NCBI GenBank assembly: GCA_040954595.2
Contig: JBECUI020000024.1
Location: 186,001-250,000, forward strand
Source: Balanoglossus misakiensis
Taxonomy: Eukaryota > Animalia > Hemichordata
Direction: 5' to 3'
DNA: 64,000 bases
Within the stretch, counting starts at the first letter, position 1, and the number at the start of each line of letters is the position of its first letter. Made by a program: the position numbers and the translations under genes. Below are positions 1-10,963 of the stretch, one piece after another. The notes beneath the pieces are model-generated. The model did not search any database, was not told the DNA's origin, and saw nothing but the letters and a program-made list of their open reading frames with translations.

Positions 1-569
1 TTTGGCACTACACACATGCAAGATGTTTACAGACTTTCGGTGAAAACAATTGTATGTGGTAAAAACCAGTCCCTGCGTGAATTGGCTCAGCAAGTCCGTG
101 AAATAATCATAAAGGCTTACCCTGGTGTCACAGGTTCAATATTGAACGGTTGTGCATTGAGACATTTTTCGAGGCAATCCCTGATATGTCATTGCAGAGA
201 AAAATACATGAAGCTAGTCAGTTATCTGATGCAACCCTGGACAGTGTCCTGCGGGCGGTTTTGTTAGAAGAAAGCTTTCAAACTTTGCAGAAACATGGCC
301 GTTCTAGGGGCAAAGTGTCTCAGGCTTTGGATGGTGAAAATAGCCAGTCTACTGTGAGGGTTGATACACAGGAGATGTTTGCAAAAATTATGAAAAGACT
401 TGACAAGTTGGAAAATAGTTCTAGTGAGACAACAACAGTTGAGAAAAAGCAAAGGCTCTGCTGGAATTGTAACCGTTCTGGTCATTTGAAAAGAGACTGT
501 CCAGAACCTCAGGTTAAACAGAAAGAGCAGAAGGGTAAAACAGATAAGAGTCAGTTAAACCCCAAATGA
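1..569 (+). pseudogene. gag: Gypsy gag, C-terminal part with zinc knuckle; frameshift near 140
   Basis: ORF 16..267 (SLRELAQQVREIIIKAYP) continues in another frame as ORF 150..569, which contains CWNCNRSGHLKRDC (CX2CX4HX4C). Confidence 0.85.
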
Positions 570-3500
570 CTGTCCGTGCTGACCGTCGAGCAGTCCCAGT
601 AAATCAGTCTGGAGAAGAAGTGTCTCAGACGAGGTCAAAGGTCATTAACAAAAGCAGTGAGCAAACCCGTCTGCACACCAGCACTGCAGTTGTTGAAACT
701 GATGATGTTGATAGGTGTGCTCCTTGTAAATGTAAAGTGAATGATAACAAGGTGAAGCACATTGAAACAAATAGTAATGATGCAGTCAACAGTATGATGC
801 TGGATGTGAAATTCCAAGGGGTGCCTAGCAAAATGCTTGTTGACACTGGATGTACACACACATTGATTTCATTTGACTATTTTAATAGTATGCCAGACAA
901 TGTGCGTCCTCATTTGACTGAAACTGGACTATATATTGTGCAAGCAAATGGTTCAAAACTTGATATAGCAGGCAGCGTTGCTGTGCAGATCGAGATTGGT
1001 TCTGAGAAAATTGACACTTCTGTTCTTGTTGGAAATTATCTCGATGGATCTCCAGGAATCCTGGGTATGGATGTTTTGACTAAATTTGGTTGTAGTCTCA
1101 ATTTACAAAATTGTACAGTTTCTGTGGGCGACCAAGTTTTATCCACAAGTCCTGAAAGGTTGAAACCATTTAGTTGTAGATTACAGGCTGCTTCTCATGA
1201 AATAATTCCAGCTGGTCATGAAGCAATTATTCCAGCCAGAATGGCAAAACAACCTAGAAAAGGTCAGCTAGGTCATGAAAGTCTGAAAGGTCAAAGTTCA
1301 CGGGCATCTCACTGTGAAAGGTCTGCAGCGGATATGCTGTGTTTGTCTGAGTTAGTGGCTACTGTAGAGCCTACAGCCATGTTAAAGGATTTTCCTGAGG
1401 GGATGGGTACAGCGTCTACCCTGGTAAACCCGGGTCAACGGTTATTACCTGTAAGAGTCATTAATTTAGGGATAAAGGACATAGAGGTCAAACGAGGTCA
1501 GGTCGTAGGTTTGTACAGACTGGAGAGAGCAGTTGATTGTAATGTCAGCTCTCCTGTTGACATGAATCAGTGTGACAAATCAGCTGTTGTGCAAAATAGT
1601 GCGCCCTCTAGTGGCAACACTTGTGAAAAGCATGATAACAATGGGAAATCTGTTTCCCGTGGCATTGAGAAATTGCCATCACATTTAGTGGATTTGTATC
1701 ATCGTAGTGTGCAACATCTTGAGTCTGACGAACAAAAGGAACAAGTACAAACGCTGTTGATAAATAATTCTGATGTTTTTAGCAAGAATGCGTATGACTT
1801 GGGTTTGACCGATGTTGTTGAGCACAGGATTGATACACAACAGGCTACCCCAGTGAAAGTGGCACCGTATCGTGCGCCATTTTGGAAAAAGACTGAAATA
1901 GAGAGACAAGTTCAAACATTTGTAGACAAAGGCATGTTAGTCGAGTCAACATCGCCTTGGAGTTCGCCATGTTTGTTGGTCAAGAAAAAGGATTCTACAC
2001 AGAGATTAGTAGTTGATTACAGGAGACTCAATGCAGTCACAATTCAGAATGCCCAACCTATTCCAAGAATACAGGACAATTTAGAAGCAATGCATGGTGC
2101 TTGCTGGTTTTCCACCCTTGATTTGAATATGGGATTTCATCAGGTCAAGCTTCATAAGGAAAGTAGAGAAAAGTCTGCAATAGTGACTTCTTCTGGTAAA
2201 TTGTTGGAATGGACTACAATGCCCATGGGATTGTGCGGTGCACCTGGCACTTTTGAAAGATTGATGGAAAAGGTTTTTCAAGGATTGCAATGGGAAATTT
2301 TATTACTCTATTTGGATGACATTATTGTGTTTGGGGAATCTTTTGAGCAGGAATTGGAACGGTTGCAGACTGTTTTCAACAAATTGCGTGAAGCAGGTCT
2401 GAAGTTAAAAGCAAAGAAGTGTACTTTGTTTGCAGTTCAAGTAGAATTCCTGGGACATGTTGTGTCGGCTGAGGGTGTGTCAACCGATCCGAAAAAGGTT
2501 CAAACACTGAGAAATTGGCCCGTACCTACATCTTTGACTGATGTACGCAGTTTTGTTGGACTTGCTTCGTATTATCGGAGGTTTATACAGAACTTTGCGG
2601 AAATTGCAAAGCCCCTTACAGATTTGACGAAGAAAAATGTCATTTTTGTGTGGAGTGATGAATGTCAGATAGCTTTTGATCGGTTGAAAGATCTACTGTC
2701 ATCACCTCCTGTGTTGGCCTTCCCATCAGAGAAGGGAGAATTTATTCTGGATACTGATGCTTCTCACTCCTCGATTGGTGCTTGTCTTAGCCAAATTCAG
2801 GATGGAGTGGAACGTCCCATTAGGTTTGGAAATCGTGTACTGAGTTCTCAGGAAAAGAACTATTGTGTCACGCGAAAGGAATTGTTGGCAGTGGTATACT
2901 TTGCCAAGCATTTTAGACACTACTTGTTAGGTAGACCATTTATGATCAGAACAGATCATGCATCTCTAGTCTGGTTACTTCGGTATAAAAATCCCGAGGG
3001 GCAATTGGCCCGCTGGCTAGAGGCTTTGAGTGCGTTTGATTTGTTCACCGTTCAGGGAATAAACACACGAACGCTGATGCGTTGAGTAGGGTACCATTGC
3101 GCCCATGTAAACAGTGCGGTAGACAGCACGGTGACAATTGTTCTGAACCGGTTGAGGATCAGAACGGGGATGACCTGTCTTTTGTTGGGGCAAGGGATCG
3201 GGCCATTGAGGGAGCGGGAACTCGGAAAGGTCCGGTAGAGGATGAGTTTGAGGTTTGGGGACGCCTTGACCAAAAAGGAGGTTTTGTGCACAAAACATTT
3301 GCTCCCGAGGATGATCTGAGTGATGAGAAAATGTGCAGTGATAATGTCATGGTCGACCATGGTCCCTTATGGTCACGGGAAGAATTACGCAAACAACAAA
3401 TGAGTGACCCGAACATTGGTTTTCTTATGCAATGTGTGGAGTCTGGTAAGGACAAGCCACAGTGGTCTGAAGTGTCATTTCGTTCGCCTGCGTTGAAGTC

Positions 3501-5081
3501 TTATTGGTCAATGTATGAGCATTTGCGTGTTCATGATGGCATTCTGTACAGGTTATGGGAATCACCAGATGGTAAAATAGTCAGGTGGCAACTGGTGCTG
3601 CCTAAGGTTTATGTAGGGCTGGTCCTACAGACTCTCCATGATTCGTTGTTTGGAGGACATAGCGGTACTGGTCGTACTTTGAGCAGAATCAGGTTGAAAT
3701 ATCACTGGTTTGGCATGTCCGTAGATGTGCGCGCTCATGTGAGGGCATGTGATATGTGTGCTCGTAATAAGAAGCAGAGGGTGAGAAAGCCTGCGCCCTT
3801 GCAGTCTTATGTTGTCGGTGCTCCGATGGAAAGAATAGCGATTGATGTATTGGGTCCATTCCCAGAATCAAGTGCAGGAAATAAGAAAGTACTTGTGGTG
3901 GGGAACTACTTCTCTAAGTGGATGGAGGCGTATGCCGTGCCAAATGAGGAGGCTGTTACTATTGCAAGAGTTTTGCTGGATAACTTTTTGGTATGCCACT
4001 AGAGTGTCATAGCGACTTGGGTAGGAATTTTGTGTCGAATGTTTTTAAGGAAGTGTGTAACCTCCTGGGAGTAAACAAGACTTACACAACCCCTAGGCAC
4101 CCACAGTCGAATGGTTCTGTGGAGAGATTCAATCAGCAAATTGTTAGTTACATTCGTACATATATGGACCCTCGTGAGAATCAGTCGGATTGGGACAAGA
4201 ACTTGAGTCTTGCCACATTTGCTTACCGTAGCAGTGTGCATCCCTCAACCGGGGAGACACCAAACATGTTAATGCTAGGTAGAGACTTGATATACCCGTT
4301 GGATGTTGCAGTTACATCTGAGCGACCAGATCGGTCGAAGGAGACTGATTATGTTTCCGATTTGAGAGAAAGATTGCATGAAGTGCATGAACATGCTAGG
4401 TCGCAGTTACAAACGACAGCTCGCAGACAGAAAGTGCGATATGATCGTTTTGCTACAAAGCAGGGATTTCATGTGGGGAATTTTGTATGGTTAAAAGATG
4501 AAAGGAGGCGGAAAGGGTATTCGCAAAAGCTTCAGTTGTCATATGAAGGTCCATATCTGATTATCAGTAGATTGTCTGATGTAGTTTATCGCATACAGAG
4601 GAGCCCACGAGCTAAACCCAAAATTGTGCATTTTGAGAAGTTGAAAGCTTATCAAGGGAAGGATCTCACTTCCTGGTTAGATAAGGTGAACATGTTACCC
4701 ATTGACCAGCGGCTGCAGGTTGGTAAACCTTCAGCTGGGGACTTGCCAACTACTAAAGTTGAAGTGAGCAAGTCAGAAGTAGTCTCTTTCAAAGATTTTG
4801 ATGTTAAAGAGAAAGTTAGTGTTAGCGAAGCTGAAGTTGGCACTGGTCAGGATTCTGAATCAGAGTTTGTAGCTGATTCTGCTGAGGGGCCAACAGAGAT
4901 GCAGAAAGAGAGTAGTGCTCCAGATTTAGTTGTAGACAGTGACAGTGTTTGTCACGGTGATTTTGTGGTTGAAAGTCAGGAAGCCACAAGGCAGTCCAAG
5001 TATCCTAGGCGACAGAGGAAGCCGCCTGAGTTCTATGGTTATAATGCTACATTGTTCAGTGCATTTGAAATGAGAATTTAA
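566..5081 (+). pseudogene. pol: Gypsy pol (protease-RT-RNase H-integrase), broken by frameshifts near 3045 and 3993
   Basis: Protease LVDTG; RT SPWSSP, VDYRRLN, LDL..GFHQ, YLDD; RNase H TDAS, ELLAVV, TDH; HRSGNKHTNADALSR in the next frame; integrase HDSLFGGH...CDMC, IAIDVLG, HSDLGRNF, NGSVER, GPY. Confidence 0.95.
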
Positions 5082-5605
5082 AGTTTTCTTGAGCTTTGAG
5101 TGGTTTTTGATACCAGATTTTTCTGAAGTTTTCAGTGTTTTTCTGAGCCATTTTTTCACTATAGAGTAAGATTTGTGCTTGTTCTGAGATGAGGATTTTC
5201 AGTAGTTAGAGTTTGACAAAGTAAATGCTATTTACTGATTGTTCGACAGATTTTTGCTATGACTTTTGCTAGTGTTATAGTGTTTTCTGTGTTAGTTGCA
5301 GGGGTTGTATACATGCAACTTGTTTGTAGGTAGGTAGGACCTATGACAGATTAGCAGGTTAGTTGTTTAGCTGCTTGGACTTAACATAAGACGATGACAG
5401 GTGTGCATTTAGCACATGGCAGCGGTTTTTGGTTGTGTTACTACGACGACGGTTTATGTTGTTGACAGACAGTTGGGACCTTGCAGTTATTGCAAGTTTT
5501 CCCTGATCGGATTGGTTCAGGGCTGGTTATTCCCCTTTCTTCCTTCTTTCCTATATTTTAGTTATTCCTGTTCTCAAGGGACTTCGAAGCCGAGGTTGGG
5601 GGAGT

Positions 5606-6108
5606 TGTTATGGAATTGCTATTCCATGTGATTTATTATTTGGCATGGTGTTTTTCTATGGCTTCACTGTCGTGGTGACCGTTTTGGGCTGTCTTGTATG
5701 ATTGACAAGGATGGAAGGGTTTCCCCATCTTGCCCTTGGTGTATCTACACCAATTAGAAGTGCGTTCTGGGTCACATGTTTAGCCTCGTTTTTAGCCTGC
5801 AACCATGTTGTTTTGGAGAGTTTTGGCGTGGATCTGTTGAGGAAGGAACCCCGGTTTCGGCCCTGGGCGACTTTTCCTGTTTAGTCCTGTTTTATCCCTC
5901 CCGGATAGCCGGCCCCGGGTCACCGATCGCGAGATCTGAGACGTGTTTACCTCAGCTGCTCGGTGTGGGCAGATTTCTTCGACGAGACGCTTGCTTTCCG
6001 ACGAGTTCCTACCGCCGCGTGTGAAGACAGCGCTGTTTGTGAGAGGCTCGAGCGGGTCCGTCTGCGCTACCGGTTTTCAATAGGCGGAACGCCTGGGTTT
6101 CCGTCACA
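5606..6108 (+). repeat. Gypsy 3' LTR (~503 bp)
   Basis: Starts TGTTATGGAA just after the G-rich PPT-like GAGGTTGGGGGAG and ends TTCCGTCACA (8/10 terminal inverted match). The second LTR is not in the window, so the boundaries are inferred. Confidence 0.7.
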
Positions 6109-9100
6109 ATATATAGGACACAGACTGGCGTAAGTTGACAACGGTAATCACGTCAGGTTTCCTACGGCCTGGCTCAGCTGAAGTCCCGGCACTCTAGAGC
6201 AGAAACATTGACCACGTTGATCAAGTCAGATTTCCTACGGCGTGACTCGGCTGGTGCACCGGCTCTATATGACACAGACTGGCGTAAGTTATCAACGGTG
6301 ATTACGTCGGATTTCCTACGGCCTGGTTTAGCTGAAGCCCCGGCACTTAAGAGCGGAAACACGCGTACATTGACCACGATGATCAAGTCAGATCTCCTTC
6401 TGTCTGGCTCGACTAAAACCCCGGCACACCATGACAGACACTAGCGTTCGTTAGCAACGGTGATCAAGTCGGATTTCCTTCGGCCTGGCTCTGCAAAAGA
6501 CCCGACACTCTAGTACAAAGACGTTGGCTAAGTCGGGCAAACCGAAGAGGGAAAGTCACAGCGGGTCAACACTCGACATTTGTTCGGGTAGGACTGCATT
6601 ATTGCCTGTCAATTTATAGAGAAAGCCCGAATTTAACCAGGGCGTTTCAAACACCAACGTTAGTTGGGGGCACGGCCTGCAGTACTGCCGGGTAAGCTGA
6701 CATCGGCGTACCGCATATAATGTAAGGGGGGGGGGGGGGGGGGGGAAACAGAACGGTTCAATACTACATTTATTAGATATCAGCTTATTTTGGACAATCA
6801 TCTAAAATCTAAATTATTTTTTCATATTTGGATATCTGATGATGTATGAAATTTCCAATTTATGTAAAAATGGTTCTGATTATAAAAAATGCACTCTGAA
6901 TGAGCTGATTTAATACAAAATTACGTTTTATTCGTTTTTGCACCTAAAAGGTCATTTTTAGGCAAAACATTCTTTATTTTTTTTAATTCGGTGACCTGAT
7001 CATATATAAAGAATTGCTTGTATGTTAAAAGTTTTTATGACTTTTAAAAGCAGTGACACTGGCGGCATTCAACACGAAAATAACAATTTTAGCCACAATT
7101 TGGTCAAAATGGAAAATTTTTCAAAATTACAAAAAAATACCTGTTTTCTACATTTTCGGAAATCTGATGGAGTATAGAATGCTCTTCGTATGTATATATC
7201 GATACAAATTCCACAAAAGACCGTCTAATTTGGCTCACTGCAGACAAAATTGCGTTTTACCAAATTTTCCTTGAAAATGTCATTTTTAGAAAAAAAAAAT
7301 AAAAAAACCTTTGTTCTTCGAATTTGGTGCCCCGATCATATATGACATGTTGATTGTATGTTAAAACTTTCGACCACCCCAAAAATGCAGAGATATTGAC
7401 GGAATTCAAGAAAAAATAGCCATTTTGGCCATATTTTGACAAAAATGGTATATTTTTAAAAAATCATAAAAAATTAACTCTTTTCTTCATTTTCGGAAAT
7501 ATTATGGAGCATGAAGTGTCGTTCTCTTGTAAAAAGTGCTGCAAATTCCAGAAAAGGTGGTATAATTTGAATCACCCAAGACAAAATTACCATTTTCGAC
7601 TTTTTTTCGAAAAATTGTCTTTTTTACAAAATAAATAAGAATAAATTCTTTTCTTAGTTTCAAACGGGTAGAGATACATTCCACACGGGTTTTCTAACAT
7701 TGAATTCCCGTTCATCAACTCAGATTTCCTACAGCATAAGTCGGCTAAAACCCTGACACTCTAGAGCAGAAACAGTTGCACACTGGTAACGTTGAACAAG
7801 TCGATTTTTTTACGGCCTGGCTTGGCTAAATCTCCGTCACAATATGACAGACACTAGCGTACGTTAGCAACGGTGATCAAGTCAGATTTCTTACGGCATG
7901 GCTTGAATAAAGCCCCGGCACTCTAGAGCAGAAAAACGTGTACGGAGACCACGTTGATCAAGTCTGATCTCCTACGGCTTGGCTCGACTAAAACCCCGGC
8001 ACACTATGAAAGACACTAGCGTTCGTTAGCAACCTTGATCAAGTCAGATTTCCTACGGCATGGCTTGGCTAAAGCCCTGGCACTCTAGAGCAGAAACACG
8101 CGTACAGAGACCACGTTGATCTACTCACATTTCCTTCGGCCTGGCACGGCTGATGCCCCGGCACTATATATAGGACACAGACTGGCGTAAGTTATCAACG
8201 GTGATCAAGTCAGATTTTCTACGGCATGGCTTGGATAAAGCCCCGGCACTCTAGAGCAGAAACACGCGTACAGAGACCACGTTGATCAAGTCTGATCTCC
8301 TACGGCTTGGCCCGACTAAAACCCCGGCACGCTATGACAGACACTAGCGTTCGCTAGCAACGTTGATCAAGTCAGATTTCCTACGGCATGGCTTGGCTAA
8401 AGCCCTGACACTCTAGAGCAGAAACACGCGTACAGAGACCACGTTGATCTACTCACATTTCCTTCGGCCTGGCACGGCTGATGCCCCGGCACTATATATA
8501 GGACACAGACTGGCGTAAGTTAACAACGGTAATCACGCCGGGTTTCCTACGGCCTGGCTCAGCTGAAGCCCCAGCAATCTAGAGCAGAAACAGGCGTACA
8601 TTGACCACGATGATCAAGTCAGATTTCCTACGGCGTGACTCGGCTGGTGCACCGGCTCTATATGACACACACTGGCGTAAGTTATCAACGGTGATTACGT
8701 CAGATTTCCTACGGCCTGGTTTAGCTGAAACCCCGGCACTTTAGAGCGGAAACACGCGTACATTGACCACGATGATCAAGTCAGATCTCCTATGGCCTGG
8801 CTCGACTAAAACCCCGGCACACCATGACAGACACTAGCGTTCGTTAGCAACGGTGATCAAGTCGGATTTCCTTCGGCCTGGCTCTGCAAAAGACCCGACA
8901 CATTAGTACAAAGACATTGGCTAAGTCGGGCAAACCGAAGAAGGAAAGTCACAGCGGGTCAACACTCGACATTTGTTCGGGTAGGACTGCATTATTGCCT
9001 GTCAATTTATAGAGAAAGCCCGAATTTAACCAGGGCGTTTCAAACACCGACGTTAGTTGGGGGCACGGCCTGCAGTACTGCCGGGTAAGCTGACATCGGC

Positions 9101-10697
9101 GTACCGCATATAATGTAGGGGGGGGGGGGACAGAACGGTTCAATACTACATTTATTAGATATCAGCTAATTTTGGACAATCATCTAAAATCTAAATCATT
9201 TTTTCATATTTGGATATCTGATGATGTATGAAATTTCCATTATATGTAAAAATGGTGCTGATTATAAAAAATGCACTCTGAATGAGCTGATTTAATACAA
9301 AATTGCGTTTTATTCGTTTTTGCACCAAAAAGGTCATTTTTAGGCCAAACATTCTTTTTTTTTAATTCGGTGACCTGATCATATATAAACAATTGCTTGT
9401 ATGTTAAACATTTTTATGACTTTTAAAAGCAGGGACACTGGCGGCATTCAACACGAAAATAATAATTTTAGCCACAATTTGGTCAAAATAGTAAATTTTT
9501 GAAAATTACAAAAAATACCTGTTTTTTACATTTTCGGAAATCTGATGGAGTATAGAATGCTCTTCGTATGTATATATCGATACAAATTCCACAAATGACC
9601 GTCTAATTTGGCTCACTGCAGACAAAATTGCATGTTATCAAATTTTGCTTGAAAATGTCATTTTTAGAAAAAAAAATAAAAAAAACCTTTGTTCTTCGAA
9701 TTTGGTGCCCTGATCATATATGACATGTTGATTGTATGTTAAAACTCTCGACCACTCCAAAAATGCAGAGATATTGACGGAATTCAAGAAAAATAGCCAT
9801 TTTGGCCATATTTTGACAAAAATGGTAAATTTTTAAAAAATCATAAAAAATTAACTCTTTTCTTCATTTTCGGAAATATTATGGAGCATGAAGTGTCGTT
9901 CTCTTGTAAAAAGTGATGCAAATTCCAGAAAAGGCGGTATAATTTGAATCACCCAAGACAAAATTACCATTTTCGACTTGTTTTCGAAAAAATTGTCTTT
10001 TTTACAAAATAAATAAGAATAAATTCTTTTCTTAGTTTCAAACGGGTAGAGATACTTTCCACACGGGTTTTCTAACATTGAATTCCCGTTCATCAACTCA
10101 AATTTCCTACAGCATAAGTCGGCTAAAACCCTGATACTCTAGAGCAGAAACAGTTGCACACTGGTAACGTTGAACAAGTCGATATTTCTACGGCCTGGCT
10201 CGGCTAAATCTCCGTCACAATATGACAGACACTAGCGTACGTTAGCAACGGTGATCAAGTCAGATTTTCTACGGCATGGCTTGGATAAAGCCACGGCACT
10301 CTAGAGCAGAAACACGCGTACAGAGACCACGTTGATCAAGTCAGATTTCCTACGGCATGGCTTGGCTAAAGCCCTGGCACTCTAGAGCAGAAACACGCGT
10401 ACAGAGACGTCGTTGATCTACTCACATTTCCTTCGGCCTGGCACGGCTGATGCCCCGGCACTATATATAGGACACAGACTGGCGTAAGTTAACAACGGTA
10501 ATCACGTCGGGTTTCCTACGGCCTGGCTCAGCTGAAGCCCCGGCACTCTAGAGCAGAAACAGGCGTACATTGACCACGTTGATCAAGTCAGATTTCCTAC
10601 GGCGTGACTCGGCTGGTGCACCGGCTCTATATGACACAGACTGGCGTAAGTTATCAACGGTGATTACGTCGGATTTCCTACGGCCTGGTTTAGCTGA

Positions 10698-10963
10698 TGT
10701 GACGTACTTTACGTCTGGGGTGGATTTATGAACAAGGTTCTGGGGGATGGCAGGGGAAATTACAGGAGCGGGACGCAGCTGTACAACCTTTAAACAGCTT
10801 TTATTGAAGGTCACTCAAGAAGTGATTTCACAAGCACAAAACGCCAGCCAAAAAAGTAGCAAATTTTGTTTTGGCGGGAAAGATGTCATTTGGTGATTAA
10901 CTAGGCCTCTGATTGGGCTAAAATACTCAGCTCTGATTGGCTCAAAGTATCCGAGCTGTGATC
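10698..10963 (-). repeat. BEL 3' LTR, missing its first ~41 bp
   Basis: Matches 13799-14064 with about 5 substitutions. Homology stops at GATC (10960-10963), where pol sequence begins. Confidence 0.9.

Larger units (their letters stand above)
1..6108 (+). mobile_element. Ty3/Gypsy LTR retrotransposon, 3' portion (gag end, pol, 3' LTR), decayed; 5' part lies outside the window
   Basis: Domain order is gag CCHC knuckle, protease, RT, RNase H, integrase. A purine-rich tract is followed by a TG...CA LTR, and the satellite resumes at 6109. Confidence 0.95.

Noticed and set aside
6099-6113. Gypsy/satellite junction as homologous recombination via TCCGTCACAATAT, which also occurs in the satellite
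   Set aside because: The downstream sequence belongs to a different subrepeat (ATATATAGGACAC), and the end matches the LTR start as an inverted repeat. A normal LTR end is simpler, though the 5' TSD is outside the window.
6174-6530. 81-bp subrepeats as a 27-aa repeat protein
   Set aside because: The frames I read on both strands contain recurrent stops (CTCTAG, CACTAG) and frame-breaking indels. The short ORFs simply recur with the repeat.
6725-6745. Poly-G tracts as telomeric or functional G-quadruplex elements
   Set aside because: They are single homopolymers of variable length with no telomeric motif, and nothing in the sequence supports a function.
6829-6857. Hammerhead-like CTGATGA...GAAA in most satellite units
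   Set aside because: No pairing stem II (TGTAT) and no stem I partner downstream. The paralogous subrepeats (CTGATGGAG, TTATGGAG) lack the core. An Infernal scan would settle it.
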